From contig CALVYG010000048.1 of NCBI GenBank assembly GCA_944372095.1, positions 64,136 to 128,135 on the forward strand: a stretch of 64,000 nt of DNA, written 5' to 3'. A program made the translations under genes and the position numbers. How positions within the stretch are numbered: the stretch's first letter is position 1; the number at the start of each line of letters is the position of its first letter. This DNA comes from an uncultured Clostridia bacterium. GTDB taxonomy: Bacteria > Bacillota > Clostridia > Christensenellales > DTU072. Below the pieces are notes generated by a model that did no database searches, was not told the DNA's origin, and saw nothing but the letters and a program-made list of their open reading frames with translations. Below, piece by piece: positions 29,175-39,905 of this stretch.

Positions 29175-30650
29175 TTATAAAAGCACACAAAGTACTCCGC
29201 CCTTACCTTCGTTTACTATTCTTGATATAGTTCTTCTGAGTTTTGCCTGCGTATCGGATGACATACTTCCTAATTTATTATTCAAATCCTCTTTTACAAG
29301 CGTATTAAGACTTACTCCGAACATGTTTGTTTCCCATATTCCTTTTTTGTTATTCTCAAATTCGCTTAAAAGATATTTAACCAGGTCTTCGCTCTGTTGT
29401 TCGCTTCCGATTGTAGGACTTATTTCGGTTTCCACATCTACTCTTACTATATGATAAGAAGGAGCGCTTGCTTTTAACTTAACTCCGTATCTATTCCCTT
29501 TTCTCACAAGTTCAGGCTCGTCAAGTTCCATATCGTCAATTGACGGGTTTACTACGCCGTATCCGTCTGCCTTCACGTTTTCCATTGCTTTTCTTATACC
29601 TTCGTAATCATTATAAGATTTAGCAAGTTTTCTTACAAATGTCAGAAGCTTATATTCATCGTCGACGTCGTGCCCGCATTCTTTACTTAACACGTTAAAA
29701 TACAATCCGTCACGCGCTTTACATTCGATTATAATTTCTCCGGTAGCGGGATTACAGTTTACGGACAGATTGCCGTCTATATATTTGTTATCCGCAAATA
29801 ACAAATCGAGTTTATCGCTATCACGCATTCTGAAGACATCGGACGCCCCTGCTTTTATGCAGTCAAGTATATTTTTCATTATTTCCTGACTCGCTCCGAG
29901 GGAACGCATCCATTTGGGAATACGGAAATTTATTTTAGTAACCGGAAATTCGTATAAAGCTATCTCCATAATTTTCGTTACGTCTTCTTTTGAGAGTTTT
30001 GTTACATCACAGCAGAAAACCGGAACTCCGTATCTTTCTTCAAGACTTTCACGAAGCCTGACAGTGTCGGTTTCCTGTGGAGAACGTGAATTAAGTACGA
30101 TAACAAACGGTTTGCCGCACTTTTTTAATTCATTTACGACTCTTTCTTCGCTTTCGACATATTTTGCCCGAGCTATATCGGTTATTGTTCCGTCTGTGGT
30201 AACAAGAATTCCGACAGTGGAGTGTTCCTTTATAACCTTAGTCGTTCCGAGTTCAGCGGCTTCCTGAAATGGCATTTCATCTTCCGACCACGGGGTTTTC
30301 ACCAACCTTTCCTTTTCTCCTTCCTTATGCCCCAACGCATCTTCAACAAGATATCCGACGCAATCGATTAGTCGGATGTTTGCGTTCATTTTTTCAAAAC
30401 TGACGCTTACCGCTTCATTGGGAATAAATTTAGGTTCGGTTGTCATAATTGTTTTTCCGTCAGCGGATTGCGGCAACTCGTCTATCGCTCTTTGCAATTT
30501 GTTTTTATCCGTTATTTTATCCAAAACGGAAGTTTCCATAAATTTTTTAATAAATGTCGATTTGCCAGTCCTGACAGGGCCGACGACACCTAAATAAATA
30601 TCGCCCCCCGTACGGATGGCGATATCGTCGTATATATCGTAATTTAACAT
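29175..30650 (-). CDS. spoIVA: Stage IV sporulation protein A
   Basis: MLNYDIYDDIAIRTGGDIYLGVVGPVRTGKSTFIKKFME is the hallmark SpoIVA N-terminus with Walker A. Start set to the second ATG. Confidence 0.93.
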   Translation of the reverse strand: MLNYDIYDDIAIRTGGDIYLGVVGPVRTGKSTFIKKFMETSVLDKITDKNKLQRAIDELPQSADGKTIMTTEPKFIPNEAVSVSFEKMNANIRLIDCVGYLVEDALGHKEGEKERLVKTPWSEDEMPFQEAAELGTTKVIKEHSTVGILVTTDGTITDIARAKYVESEERVVNELKKCGKPFVIVLNSRSPQETDTVRLRESLEERYGVPVFCCDVTKLSKEDVTKIMEIALYEFPVTKINFRIPKWMRSLGASQEIMKNILDCIKAGASDVFRMRDSDKLDLLFADNKYIDGNLSVNCNPATGEIIIECKARDGLYFNVLSKECGHDVDDEYKLLTFVRKLAKSYNDYEGIRKAMENVKADGYGVVNPSIDDMELDEPELVRKGNRYGVKLKASAPSYHIVRVDVETEISPTIGSEQQSEDLVKYLLSEFENNKKGIWETNMFGVSLNTLVKEDLNNKLGSMSSDTQAKLRRTISRIVNEGKGGVLCVLL

Positions 30651-30699
30651 TTTTCGCCTCCACAAGTTTTTACTTAATCTTATGAAGACATTACCTTCT

Positions 30700-31950
30700 T
30701 TATGCTTTTATAATTTTTTCAGCCCATGCAAGTTTCACGCAACAACAAAATACTCTCATAGCTGTTTTCAATTCATCGATAGACGGATATGTAGGCGCAA
30801 TTCTTACATTGCTGTCATTAGGGTCATAATTATAAGGGAAAGTCGCGCCGGCTCCTGTCATTACTACTCCTGCCTCTTTTGCCAATGACACAGCCCTTTT
30901 CGCAGTATTATACGGTAAATCAATCCCTATAAAATATCCGCCCTGAGGTTCTGTCCATTGACACAAACCTGTAAGTTCTTCATCAAGAATATCAAGAACT
31001 GCTCTGAATCTCGGTCTGAGCATTTCAGCATGTTTCTTCATATGTTGACGTATCCCGTCAGGCGTTTTGAAAAATAATACATGCGCCAATTGATTTAATT
31101 TGTCGAAACCGATTGTTTGAAAAGCCATATATTTTTTTATGTCTTCTATATTTTTCTCACTTGCGCAAATCCATGCAATCCCGGCGCCGGCAAAAGTCAT
31201 TTTTGAAGTTGAACCGAACATATATATCATATCTTCGTTTTTGTATCTTTTTGCGGTTTCAAAAATATTTTTCAACGGTATATCTTCGGTAAGATAATGA
31301 ATCATATAAGCATTATCCCAATATATACGGAAATCTTTTGCTTTCGGTCTCAATGCCGCAAACCGTTCAACAACCTTGTCGGAATATACAATCCCCTGCG
31401 GATTACTGTACTTGGGAACGCACCAAACTCCTTTTACCGTTTCGTCTTTGACGTATTCTTCAATCATATCCATATCGGGACCGTCGCTCCTCATCGGTAT
31501 ATTTATCATTTCTATCCCGAAAGTTTCAGTAACTGCAAAATGCCTGTCGTATCCGGGAACAGGGCATAACCATTTAATTTTTCCCTGTTTATTAAAAGGT
31601 TCCTCGCCGAGAACACCGAATTGCATTGCGCGCTGTACAGTGTCATACATAATATTAAGGCTTGAATTACCCATTACGATGATTTCCTTTTCACTTACAC
31701 CGCTGAGCTCGGCAAATAACTTTTTTGCTTCCGGAATACCGTCAATCATACCGTAGTTCCTGTAATCCGAATTCCCTGACATACCTTTTGACTTTGAAAA
31801 TTCATTAAATAATTCGTTAGAAATATCTAATTGTTCGGGATTAGGTCTGCCTCTGCTCATATTAAGATTTAATCCTAAATTTTTAAACCCATCAAATCTG
31901 ATTTTTTCCTGTTCGTACACCATTTCGGCATTTTCCGGTGCAAATTTCAT
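30700..31950 (-). CDS. PLP-dependent aminotransferase (class I/II fold)
   Basis: LNMSRGRPNPEQLD N-terminal pattern and GSTSKMTFAGAG (PLP lysine). Confidence 0.75.
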   Translation of the reverse strand: MKFAPENAEMVYEQEKIRFDGFKNLGLNLNMSRGRPNPEQLDISNELFNEFSKSKGMSGNSDYRNYGMIDGIPEAKKLFAELSGVSEKEIIVMGNSSLNIMYDTVQRAMQFGVLGEEPFNKQGKIKWLCPVPGYDRHFAVTETFGIEMINIPMRSDGPDMDMIEEYVKDETVKGVWCVPKYSNPQGIVYSDKVVERFAALRPKAKDFRIYWDNAYMIHYLTEDIPLKNIFETAKRYKNEDMIYMFGSTSKMTFAGAGIAWICASEKNIEDIKKYMAFQTIGFDKLNQLAHVLFFKTPDGIRQHMKKHAEMLRPRFRAVLDILDEELTGLCQWTEPQGGYFIGIDLPYNTAKRAVSLAKEAGVVMTGAGATFPYNYDPNDSNVRIAPTYPSIDELKTAMRVFCCCVKLAWAEKIIKA

Positions 31951-31962
31951 AATATACCTCTT

Positions 31963-33285
31963 TTATATTTCTTCCTTGTCTTTGTTTCTTATTTTTATAT
32001 TTATAGGCGTTCCGCTAAAATCAAAAGCTTTTCTTAAAGAATTTTCCAAATATCTTTTATAAGAAAAATGCATAATTGTCTCATCATTTACAAATAGAAT
32101 AAACGTCGGCGGATTTGTAAAAGCTTGCGTTGCATAATAAACTTTCAACTTTTTACCGTTATGTGTCGGAGGTTCGTTAACACTCATTGCATCCTGCAAG
32201 ACGTCGTTCAACAAGCCGGTGGAAATTCTCCTCGATGCGTTTTCATAAACCTCTTCCAATGCTCCCAGAACGTTTTTAACCCTTTGTCCCGTTAATGCAC
32301 TGATAAACATACATTTATAATAACTCATAAACTTTAATTCCGCATCAATTTTTTCCGTAAATTTGTTAATTGTATAAGAATCTTTTTCAACCGCATCCCA
32401 CTTATTCATAAAGATAACGGAAGGTTTACGACTTTCATGAACCAGCCCGCAAATCTTAACATCCTGCTCCGTTAATCCTTCGGTCGCATCGACAACAACC
32501 GCAACGACGTCTGCCCTTCTCATTGCATCAATGCTTCGGATCACGCTGTAATATTCTACATCTTCTTCCACCTTGCTTTTTTTTCTGATTCCTGCAGTAT
32601 CGATAATTCGGTATTCCTTCCCGTCAATGCAAAAAGGAGTATCTATTGCATCTCTTGTAGTTCCTGCAATATCACTAACAATAACTCTTTCAAATCCCAG
32701 AAGTTTATTAACCAACGAACTTTTCCCGGCATTCGGTTTACCGACAACTGCAATTTTCAGAGCTGTGCTTTCTTCTTCTTTATCCGTTTTCTCGGGAAAA
32801 TGTGCAACAACGGCATCAAGTAAATCTCCCAAATTCAAACTGTTTTCTGCTGAAACCGGGATAGGTTCGCCCAAACCGAGCGCATAAAAATCATAGAACC
32901 CGTATGAAGACGAATTGTCAATTTTATTAACGGCAAGAACTATCGGTTTTTTTGATGCCCTGAGATAGTCAGCCACATCATAATCGTCAGGCAAAATGCC
33001 TGTTTTCCCGTCTACAAAATATAGAATTACGTCTGCTAATTCGACAGCAAGCTCAGCTTGTTTTCGGATATGTTTCCACATTACGTCTTCCGAATGAATT
33101 TCAATTCCTCCGGTATCAATCATCGTAAAAGAATATCCGCACCATTCGGCATCGGCATAAACCCGGTCACGGGTAACCCCGGGCACGTCTTCAACTATAC
33201 TGATACGCTTGCCTGCCATTTTATTGAAGAATGTTGATTTACCGACATTCGGTCTGCCTACAATAGCAACAAGGGGTTTAACCAT
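31963..33285 (-). CDS. der: Ribosome-associated GTPase Der/EngA
   Basis: Two G domains (GRPNVGKST, GKPNAGKSS) plus a KH-like C-terminus. Start set to MVKPLVAIVG. Confidence 0.93.
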   Translation of the reverse strand: MVKPLVAIVGRPNVGKSTFFNKMAGKRISIVEDVPGVTRDRVYADAEWCGYSFTMIDTGGIEIHSEDVMWKHIRKQAELAVELADVILYFVDGKTGILPDDYDVADYLRASKKPIVLAVNKIDNSSSYGFYDFYALGLGEPIPVSAENSLNLGDLLDAVVAHFPEKTDKEEESTALKIAVVGKPNAGKSSLVNKLLGFERVIVSDIAGTTRDAIDTPFCIDGKEYRIIDTAGIRKKSKVEEDVEYYSVIRSIDAMRRADVVAVVVDATEGLTEQDVKICGLVHESRKPSVIFMNKWDAVEKDSYTINKFTEKIDAELKFMSYYKCMFISALTGQRVKNVLGALEEVYENASRRISTGLLNDVLQDAMSVNEPPTHNGKKLKVYYATQAFTNPPTFILFVNDETIMHFSYKRYLENSLRKAFDFSGTPINIKIRNKDKEEI

Positions 33286-34576
33286 TTTTCTTTCTCCTCT
33301 CGTATAAAACAGTTTCAAGAAAACTTTCACCTGTCGTATTACATACCGAAATTTTTTTCTTTAATACCTTGGAAAGCTCTTTTACCGATACGCCGTCAAG
33401 AAAAACGCTTTCAAATTCCTTTAACATTACAGAAGGAATAATAAGGTAATCTTCATCGAATTTTTTTTCACCGTATTGCTTAATAATATCAGAAGCGGTA
33501 ACAAGACCGGTAACCGTAACCGTTTCGCCGAAAAAATTATTAATAACGACATAAATATTTATTTCTAAATCGGGAAATTTTTCTTTTATAAGTTTTCTTG
33601 CAAGAATCATAGTGCTTTCACCGCTTACTCCCGTAAAAATCCCGACAGTCTTTTTTACTTTTTTTTCGGCAGTATTTTCAATAGCAAAATTTAATTCGGA
33701 AATAAATTTAGCAATAAGCCCTACACCGTTCTCAATCTGCTCAAAATCCCCGTAATATTTTTCATCGTGAACGTCTCTTTTAGCAATCTGATACATTTCA
33801 TCGGAGCAATAACAAAAACCTTTGTGTGAATTATAAAAATTTTCAGTTATATCAATTGCCTCACTTGCCTGTTTTTCGGTTAAAGGCATTATCGGAAATT
33901 TCCCTTCTCTGAAAGAAGTAAGTCCTACCGGAACAACGGCAACTGTGGAAATTCTCAATTCACACATATCGGTCAAAGATTTCAAAAGATTATTCCCGTC
34001 ATTTATTCCGCCGACTAAAACAATTTGAGCATGTATCTCTATCTCGTTATCGGTAAGCCTTTTCAAAAGCGTAGTAATTGATGGCGATTTTTTTACTCCG
34101 AGAATAAAGTTTCTTATTTTGTCATCGGTTGAATGTACAGAAACATAAAGAGGTGAAAGTTTATATTCGATAATTCTCTTTATATCGTCTTCTTTCAAAT
34201 TTGTTCCGGTAATATATGAACCCGTAGCAAAACTTAGCCTGTAATCATCATCTCTTACATAAAGACTTTTTCTTAAATTAGGAGGCAGCTGTCTTACAAA
34301 GCAAAAAATACAATTATTTTTACATTCAATCGGTTTTATTTCCGCCGATTCATCGAATTCTAATCCAAGTGTATCGTTTTCGTTACTTTTTACAAAATAA
34401 ATTTCTTTCTCTATACCCTTACGCGTGAAATTTATTTTACCTTCCGTAAGACTGTCGGCATAAATATAATCTAAAATATCACCGAACGGTCTGCCGCAAA
34501 ACGCGGTAACGTCATCGCCTTTTTTTATCTTACCGTGAAGTATGCTTTTTGAAAGAATTCTATTGATTTTCGCCAT
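33278..34576 (-). CDS. DUF512-type radical-SAM-like protein (PDZ-like N-terminus)
   Basis: CKNNCIFC (CX3CX2C) cluster motif. Conserved position upstream of der in Clostridia. Confidence 0.7.
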   Translation of the reverse strand: MAKINRILSKSILHGKIKKGDDVTAFCGRPFGDILDYIYADSLTEGKINFTRKGIEKEIYFVKSNENDTLGLEFDESAEIKPIECKNNCIFCFVRQLPPNLRKSLYVRDDDYRLSFATGSYITGTNLKEDDIKRIIEYKLSPLYVSVHSTDDKIRNFILGVKKSPSITTLLKRLTDNEIEIHAQIVLVGGINDGNNLLKSLTDMCELRISTVAVVPVGLTSFREGKFPIMPLTEKQASEAIDITENFYNSHKGFCYCSDEMYQIAKRDVHDEKYYGDFEQIENGVGLIAKFISELNFAIENTAEKKVKKTVGIFTGVSGESTMILARKLIKEKFPDLEINIYVVINNFFGETVTVTGLVTASDIIKQYGEKKFDEDYLIIPSVMLKEFESVFLDGVSVKELSKVLKKKISVCNTTGESFLETVLYERRKKNG

Positions 34577-34676
34577 AACCTTAATACTCTTTTTATCTTT
34601 ATAAATTTATAACAAATTTATATTTGAATGTCAAATATTCCCTTGTAAAATAAGCATAAAATGTTATAATAAAAAT

Positions 34677-36341
34677 ATGCCGAACGATGTTATAACGCTA
34701 AAAGCCGTTGCGCATGAACTTAATGAACTTTTAAGCGGCGGAAGAATCGAAAAAATTTACCAACCAGAAACAGATGAAATTACTCTGTCTGTAAAAACTG
34801 CAAAAAAAACAGGAACTCTTGTTATAAGCGCAAATCCGGCACATCCCAGAATCCATATTACCACACAAAAAAAAGAAAACTCTCCTACGGCTCCTGCATT
34901 TTGTATGCTTGTTCGTAAATACTTCTCAGGAGGAATAATTGAAAAAATCGAAATATTCAATTCCGACAGAATAATTAAAATCTCCGTAATTTCAAGAAAC
35001 GATTTATGTGATAAGAACAGGTATTTCATAATTGCAGAATTGATGGGAAGATATTCCAACATTATTCTCACAACCGAAAAAATGAAAATTATCGATGCAA
35101 TAAGACGGATACACTTTGACCAAAGCACAACAAGATACATTCTTCCCAATCTTGACTATGTATTACAGCCTAAATCAAGAATATCTCTTAACGAAACCGA
35201 TAAATTAAAAATTTTTTTTGAAAACAATAACATATCTCACGATTCCCTTATTGCCAATATAAGCGGAATAAGCCGTGAAACCGCAAAAGAAATTGCTTCT
35301 TCCGTTCATCCTTTCGAAACGCTGAATGATTTTATCAACATCAGATTTTCGGATTCCTATTGTCCGTGCTTAAGATACGAAAAAGGAATTTTAAAGGATT
35401 ATTACGTTAAACCTTATAAAACGGTTCAGGGAGAGTATATAAACTATAATTCAATAAATGAAGCCTTGGATTCTTTTTATTCGCTTTATGATAAAAGTGA
35501 AAGAAAAAAAGCCTCAACAAAAACCGTTACAACAGTATTGAAACGGTTACAAACCAAAACCGAGCGTAGAATTGCAGACAATAAAGCAAAACTTGCGGAA
35601 GCGAATCAAGCGGAATTCTTTCAGCAATGCGGTAATTTAATTTTATCCAATATTTATAAAATAAAGCCACATGATGAAACTCTTAAATGTTTTAATTATT
35701 ACGATAATGAAACTATAGAAATAAAATTGGATAATAAAATTTCTCCTGCCGATAATGCGCAATTGTTTTTCAAAAAATATTCAAAATTGAAAAGGGCCGG
35801 AGAAATAGCAAATAATCAGTTGATTTCGCTGAAAGAACAAAAAGAATATCTTGATTCAATTGCTGTAAGTATAAAAAATTGTTCGTTAAAAAAAGAATAC
35901 GATGAAATTCTTGACGAACTTAATGCTTTATCCGGCCTAAAACCGCAAACAAAAAAAAGTAAAATAAAAGAAAAGCCGTCATCCCCTACCCATTTCCGTA
36001 TCCACGGATATGATGTGTATCTAGGAAAAAACAATTTACAAAACAACGAAGTGACATTTACCATAGGAAAGGGCGGAGACATATGGATACATGCAAAATC
36101 CTATCACGGCGCCCACATAGTAATTAAAGGTACCCCCCCGTCCGATATAATAGAAAAAGCAGCTTCCGTGGCAGCATATTACAGCTCGGGAAACAGCGCA
36201 GACAAAGTCGAAGTAGATTATACTTTAAGAAAATATGTCAAAAAAATTCCATCCGCAATGCCTGGAATGGTTACATATTCAAACTATAACTCAGTTTTGG
36301 TTAAACCGATTGATTATATAGAAATAAAAGACAAAGAATAA
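34677..36341 (+). CDS. rqcH: Ribosome quality control protein RqcH (NFACT / FbpA family)
   Basis: N-terminal NFACT-N pattern (LNELLSGGRIEKIYQP), a central coiled coil and a C-terminal NFACT-R (IWIHAKSYHGAHIVIK). Confidence 0.85.
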   Translation: MPNDVITLKAVAHELNELLSGGRIEKIYQPETDEITLSVKTAKKTGTLVISANPAHPRIHITTQKKENSPTAPAFCMLVRKYFSGGIIEKIEIFNSDRIIKISVISRNDLCDKNRYFIIAELMGRYSNIILTTEKMKIIDAIRRIHFDQSTTRYILPNLDYVLQPKSRISLNETDKLKIFFENNNISHDSLIANISGISRETAKEIASSVHPFETLNDFINIRFSDSYCPCLRYEKGILKDYYVKPYKTVQGEYINYNSINEALDSFYSLYDKSERKKASTKTVTTVLKRLQTKTERRIADNKAKLAEANQAEFFQQCGNLILSNIYKIKPHDETLKCFNYYDNETIEIKLDNKISPADNAQLFFKKYSKLKRAGEIANNQLISLKEQKEYLDSIAVSIKNCSLKKEYDEILDELNALSGLKPQTKKSKIKEKPSSPTHFRIHGYDVYLGKNNLQNNEVTFTIGKGGDIWIHAKSYHGAHIVIKGTPPSDIIEKAASVAAYYSSGNSADKVEVDYTLRKYVKKIPSAMPGMVTYSNYNSVLVKPIDYIEIKDKE

Positions 36342-36351
36342 AGGAAAAGCT

Positions 36352-37548
36352 ATGAAATCATTAAAAGAACTTTACCAAATAGGAATGGGCCCTTCATCAT
36401 CGCATACGATGGCTCCTGAAAAAATAGCCAAATATCTTATGAAAAAATATCCTTCGGCAACGGGTTATAAAGTTACCTTGTACGGTTCACTTGCTTTAAC
36501 GGGAAAAGGTCACGGAACCGATACCGTGCTAAAAAAAGTGTTAGGCAACGAAACGCAGATAGTGTTTGACACCTCAAAAATAAATCTACCGCATGCAAAT
36601 ACTCTTGACATAGAGGTTTACAATTCTGACAATTGTATTGCAAAACATCGTGCCTACAGCTTAGGGGGTGGAGCAATTGAAATAGAAAATGAACCCGTTA
36701 TAACTCCTCCCGAAGTTTATTCACTTAATACTTTTGATGAAATAAAAAGTTATTGCATAGATAAAGAAATCAGGTTATGCGATTATGTATATGAATCGGA
36801 ACCGAATATAAAAGAATATTTATCTGACATATGGGAACAAATGTGCCTTTCAATCAAAAAAGGATTAAAAACCGACGGCATTCTTCCCGGCGGTCTCAAT
36901 GTAAGGAGAAAGGCGAAATTTTTGTATCAACAAAGACATATTGACGAATCTCCCGAAACAAGAGAAAACCGTTTAGTATGCTCATATGCTTTCGCAGTAG
37001 CCGAAGAAAATGCAGACGGCGGATATATCGTAACAGCCCCAACATGCGGTTCGTGCGGTGTTTTGCCTGCGGCATTTTACTATGTAAAAAACACAAGAAA
37101 TGTTTCCGACGAAGATATAATAAACGGACTTGCCACCGCCGGTCTGATTGGCAATCTGATTAAAACCAACGCTTCAATAAGCGGCGCAGAATGCGGTTGT
37201 CAAGCAGAAATCGGCAGCGCATGCGCAATGGCTGCCGGCGGTCTTGCAGAAATATTCGGTTTAAGCGCAGAACAAATTGAATATGCTGCAGAAATCTCTC
37301 TCGAACACCATCTCGGGCTTACGTGTGACCCCGTTAATGGATTAGTGCAAATCCCTTGTATCGAACGAAATGCAGTAGCCGCTATGCGTGCGTTAAATTC
37401 TTTGAGCCTAGCCGATTTTTTATCCTCAACCAGAACTGTTTCACTCGATACTATAATCCAGACAATGTATGAAACCGGTAAAGACCTTTCTAACAGATAT
37501 AAAGAAACAAGCGAAGCAGGTATGGCAAAACTTTATAAAATGCATTAA
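36352..37548 (+). CDS. sdaA: L-serine ammonia-lyase (Fe-S dependent, single chain)
   Basis: IGMGPSSSHTMAP N-terminus and CDPVNGLVQIPCIERNA near the C-terminus. Confidence 0.85.
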   Translation: MKSLKELYQIGMGPSSSHTMAPEKIAKYLMKKYPSATGYKVTLYGSLALTGKGHGTDTVLKKVLGNETQIVFDTSKINLPHANTLDIEVYNSDNCIAKHRAYSLGGGAIEIENEPVITPPEVYSLNTFDEIKSYCIDKEIRLCDYVYESEPNIKEYLSDIWEQMCLSIKKGLKTDGILPGGLNVRRKAKFLYQQRHIDESPETRENRLVCSYAFAVAEENADGGYIVTAPTCGSCGVLPAAFYYVKNTRNVSDEDIINGLATAGLIGNLIKTNASISGAECGCQAEIGSACAMAAGGLAEIFGLSAEQIEYAAEISLEHHLGLTCDPVNGLVQIPCIERNAVAAMRALNSLSLADFLSSTRTVSLDTIIQTMYETGKDLSNRYKETSEAGMAKLYKMH

Positions 37549-37556
37549 AATCTTAT

Positions 37557-37587
37557 TAAAAAACGGCTTTTAAAAAGCCGTTTTTTA
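37557..37587. terminator. Bidirectional terminator between convergent sdaA and pyrP
   Basis: Stem aaacggcttt/aaagccgttt flanked by A and T runs. Confidence 0.7.
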
Positions 37588-37606
37588 ATCATTAAATCAA
37601 GCTATT

Positions 37607-39160
37607 TCATTCAATTATATTATCTTTTTGATTTTCTTCCGGTATCTTCTCGTCGTCCGCCTTATCGGTTTCAACGTTTTCCACATTTTCAAAAGCCTTT
37701 TCGTCCTGAATATCTTTTAAGGCCGATTCCGCTGTTCCGTCAACATATGCGGCAGGAAGACTGTCTCCTCCTTCTTCATTCTCGTTTTCACGTTGTTTCC
37801 CGAATAATACGTTTACTATTATTCCGATTATTAAAGCAGTCGCTATCGAGCTTATAGTTACGATTGCTTTTCCTTGCGTCGCAAGTCCGAATTGTAAACT
37901 TAATCCTCCGATTCCCGCAACAAGGATAGAACTCACGGTAAATAAATTTTTACTTTCACCAAGGTCAATACCCCTTAACATATTCAAACCGCTAACAGCA
38001 ATAAATCCGTAAAGAGCCAAGCAAACCCCGCCCATTACACATGAAGGAATGGTTTCGAGAAAAGCCATAACCGGAGAAATAAATGCAAGCAGAATAGACA
38101 TTATTGCCGCACCGAGTATACTTACTACCGACGCATTTCTTGTTATCGCCACACATCCGACAGATTCGCCGTAAGTTGTATTGGGGCATCCTCCGAATAT
38201 CGCACCGACAAAAGAGCCAATCCCATCTCCCAATAAGGTTCTGTGTAAACCCGGTTTTACCAACAAATCGCGTTCAATTATTGAACTTATATTTTTATGG
38301 TCAGCAATATGTTCTGCGAAAACAACGAATGAAACAGGTATGTACAATAAAGCTATTGTAGCGATAGAAGCACCGTCAAGAGTTTGAAGTTTTGTAATTC
38401 CGTCAAGTGCCGTATCTGTCGCAAGGAACGTAAATTTAGGGTAATCAAGAAAACTTTGTACGCTTACATTTTTAAAATTGTTGATAAGGGGTGTAAAATC
38501 AATTATTTTCAAATAATCAACTTCACAGGCATATCCGAAAATAGAAAAGAACGCAGCAAGAGCATATCCTGACAAAATACCGATAATAAAAGGAATTATT
38601 TTCATTGTTTTATTTCCTTTGACAGAACAAAACACGACCATAAAGAAAGTAAATAACCCGCAAAGAATGGCGACCAGATTATATGTCATTCCCGAACCGC
38701 TTGCAGTGGTAAGACTTGACACCGCGCTTCCGGAGAGAGATAATCCGATTAAAGCAACCGTCGGTCCGATAACGACAGCGGGCATCAATTTGGAAATCCA
38801 CTTCGTTCCTACAAACTTAACGATTAAGGCAATAATAACATAAACTAAAGCAGCAAAAGCCGCACCTATTAAAATTCCGAAGTATCCGAATACGGCCGCG
38901 CCTGCCAGCGGTGAAATAAAAGCAAACGAACTGCCTAAGAAAACAGGACTTTTGAATTTTGTAAATAATAAATAAGTTATTGTTCCGAATCCGGCACCGA
39001 CCAAAGCTGATGCTGCGTCGAGTACAGGATATCCGAGCATACCGTTAACAACAGCCGGTACGGCAATTGTCGCAGCTATAATGGCAAGCAACTGTTGAAA
39101 CGAGAATACTATCAGTTTACTGAACTTTGGTCTGTCTTCAACGTCATAAACAAGTTTCAT
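37607..39160 (-). CDS. pyrP: Uracil/xanthine (NCS2) permease with acidic C-terminal tail
   Basis: Polytopic NCS2-like sequence immediately downstream of pyrR. About 70-aa Glu/Asp-rich C-terminal extension. Confidence 0.8.
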   Translation of the reverse strand: MKLVYDVEDRPKFSKLIVFSFQQLLAIIAATIAVPAVVNGMLGYPVLDAASALVGAGFGTITYLLFTKFKSPVFLGSSFAFISPLAGAAVFGYFGILIGAAFAALVYVIIALIVKFVGTKWISKLMPAVVIGPTVALIGLSLSGSAVSSLTTASGSGMTYNLVAILCGLFTFFMVVFCSVKGNKTMKIIPFIIGILSGYALAAFFSIFGYACEVDYLKIIDFTPLINNFKNVSVQSFLDYPKFTFLATDTALDGITKLQTLDGASIATIALLYIPVSFVVFAEHIADHKNISSIIERDLLVKPGLHRTLLGDGIGSFVGAIFGGCPNTTYGESVGCVAITRNASVVSILGAAIMSILLAFISPVMAFLETIPSCVMGGVCLALYGFIAVSGLNMLRGIDLGESKNLFTVSSILVAGIGGLSLQFGLATQGKAIVTISSIATALIIGIIVNVLFGKQRENENEEGGDSLPAAYVDGTAESALKDIQDEKAFENVENVETDKADDEKIPEENQKDNIIE

Positions 39161-39192
39161 AAATAAGTTCTCCTTTTGTTTAATATATTTAT

Positions 39193-39738
39193 TTATTTTT
39201 CAAGTAAAATAACTTCATCCTTTCCATCAGTTTCTTCCAGGAAGACTTTAATTTCTTCGTTTCTGGAAGTAGGTATATTCTTTCCTACGTAATCAGCCCG
39301 CAACGGAAGCTCTCTATGCCCTCTGTCTATCAGGACCGCAAGCTGAATACTTTTAGGTCGACCGGCTTTAATAAGCGCTTCAATCCCTGCCCTTACAGTT
39401 CTGCCGGTAAACAAAACGTCGTCTACGAGAACAATATCTCTTCCGACGACGTTGAAAGCGAATTTAGGCGAATCCGGTTTTGAAACCGATTTCATCATAT
39501 CATCCCTAAAATCAGAAATATCCAAAACTCCTGTATCGATTGAAATACCCTCATACGAAAAAATAAATTTTTTTATTCTTTCCGCAATAGGTACTCCTCT
39601 TGTCATGATTCCGACCAATGCAACATTAGAAAGATTTTCATTTTTTTCGATAATTTCATGAGAAATACGGGCAAGAGTACGCCTTATTGCGTCTTTTTCA
39701 AGCATAACTCCTTTTACGTTTTTAACGATACTCGCCAT
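39193..39738 (-). CDS. pyrR: Bifunctional pyr mRNA-binding attenuation protein / uracil phosphoribosyltransferase
   Basis: [19 protein letters not shown] motif. Length and synteny with pyrP fit PyrR. Confidence 0.92.
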   Translation of the reverse strand: MASIVKNVKGVMLEKDAIRRTLARISHEIIEKNENLSNVALVGIMTRGVPIAERIKKFIFSYEGISIDTGVLDISDFRDDMMKSVSKPDSPKFAFNVVGRDIVLVDDVLFTGRTVRAGIEALIKAGRPKSIQLAVLIDRGHRELPLRADYVGKNIPTSRNEEIKVFLEETDGKDEVILLEK

Positions 39739-39746
39739 TTTTCTCC

Positions 39747-39830
39747 TAAAAAACCTGCTTGTACAAAAAATACAAACAGGTCCGCAATCTTGAATAAAAT
39801 ATTAAACCTTGTCGGTATCTCTGTACCAAA
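39747..39830 (-). promoter_or_regulatory. PyrR-type transcription attenuator in the pyrR leader
   Basis: The minus strand has the hairpin GGUACAGAGAUACC (AGAGA loop, similar to the PyrR binding-loop core). An 11-bp terminator stem ACCUGUUUGUA/UACAAGCAGGU plus U6 then sits just before the SD. Confidence 0.5.
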
Positions 39831-39905
39831 TTAAAGTTTTATCGTGAACATAATAGCACAAGAAAAAAATATTGGCAACTGATTTTTCAATTTTTTAGTA
39901 CTTTT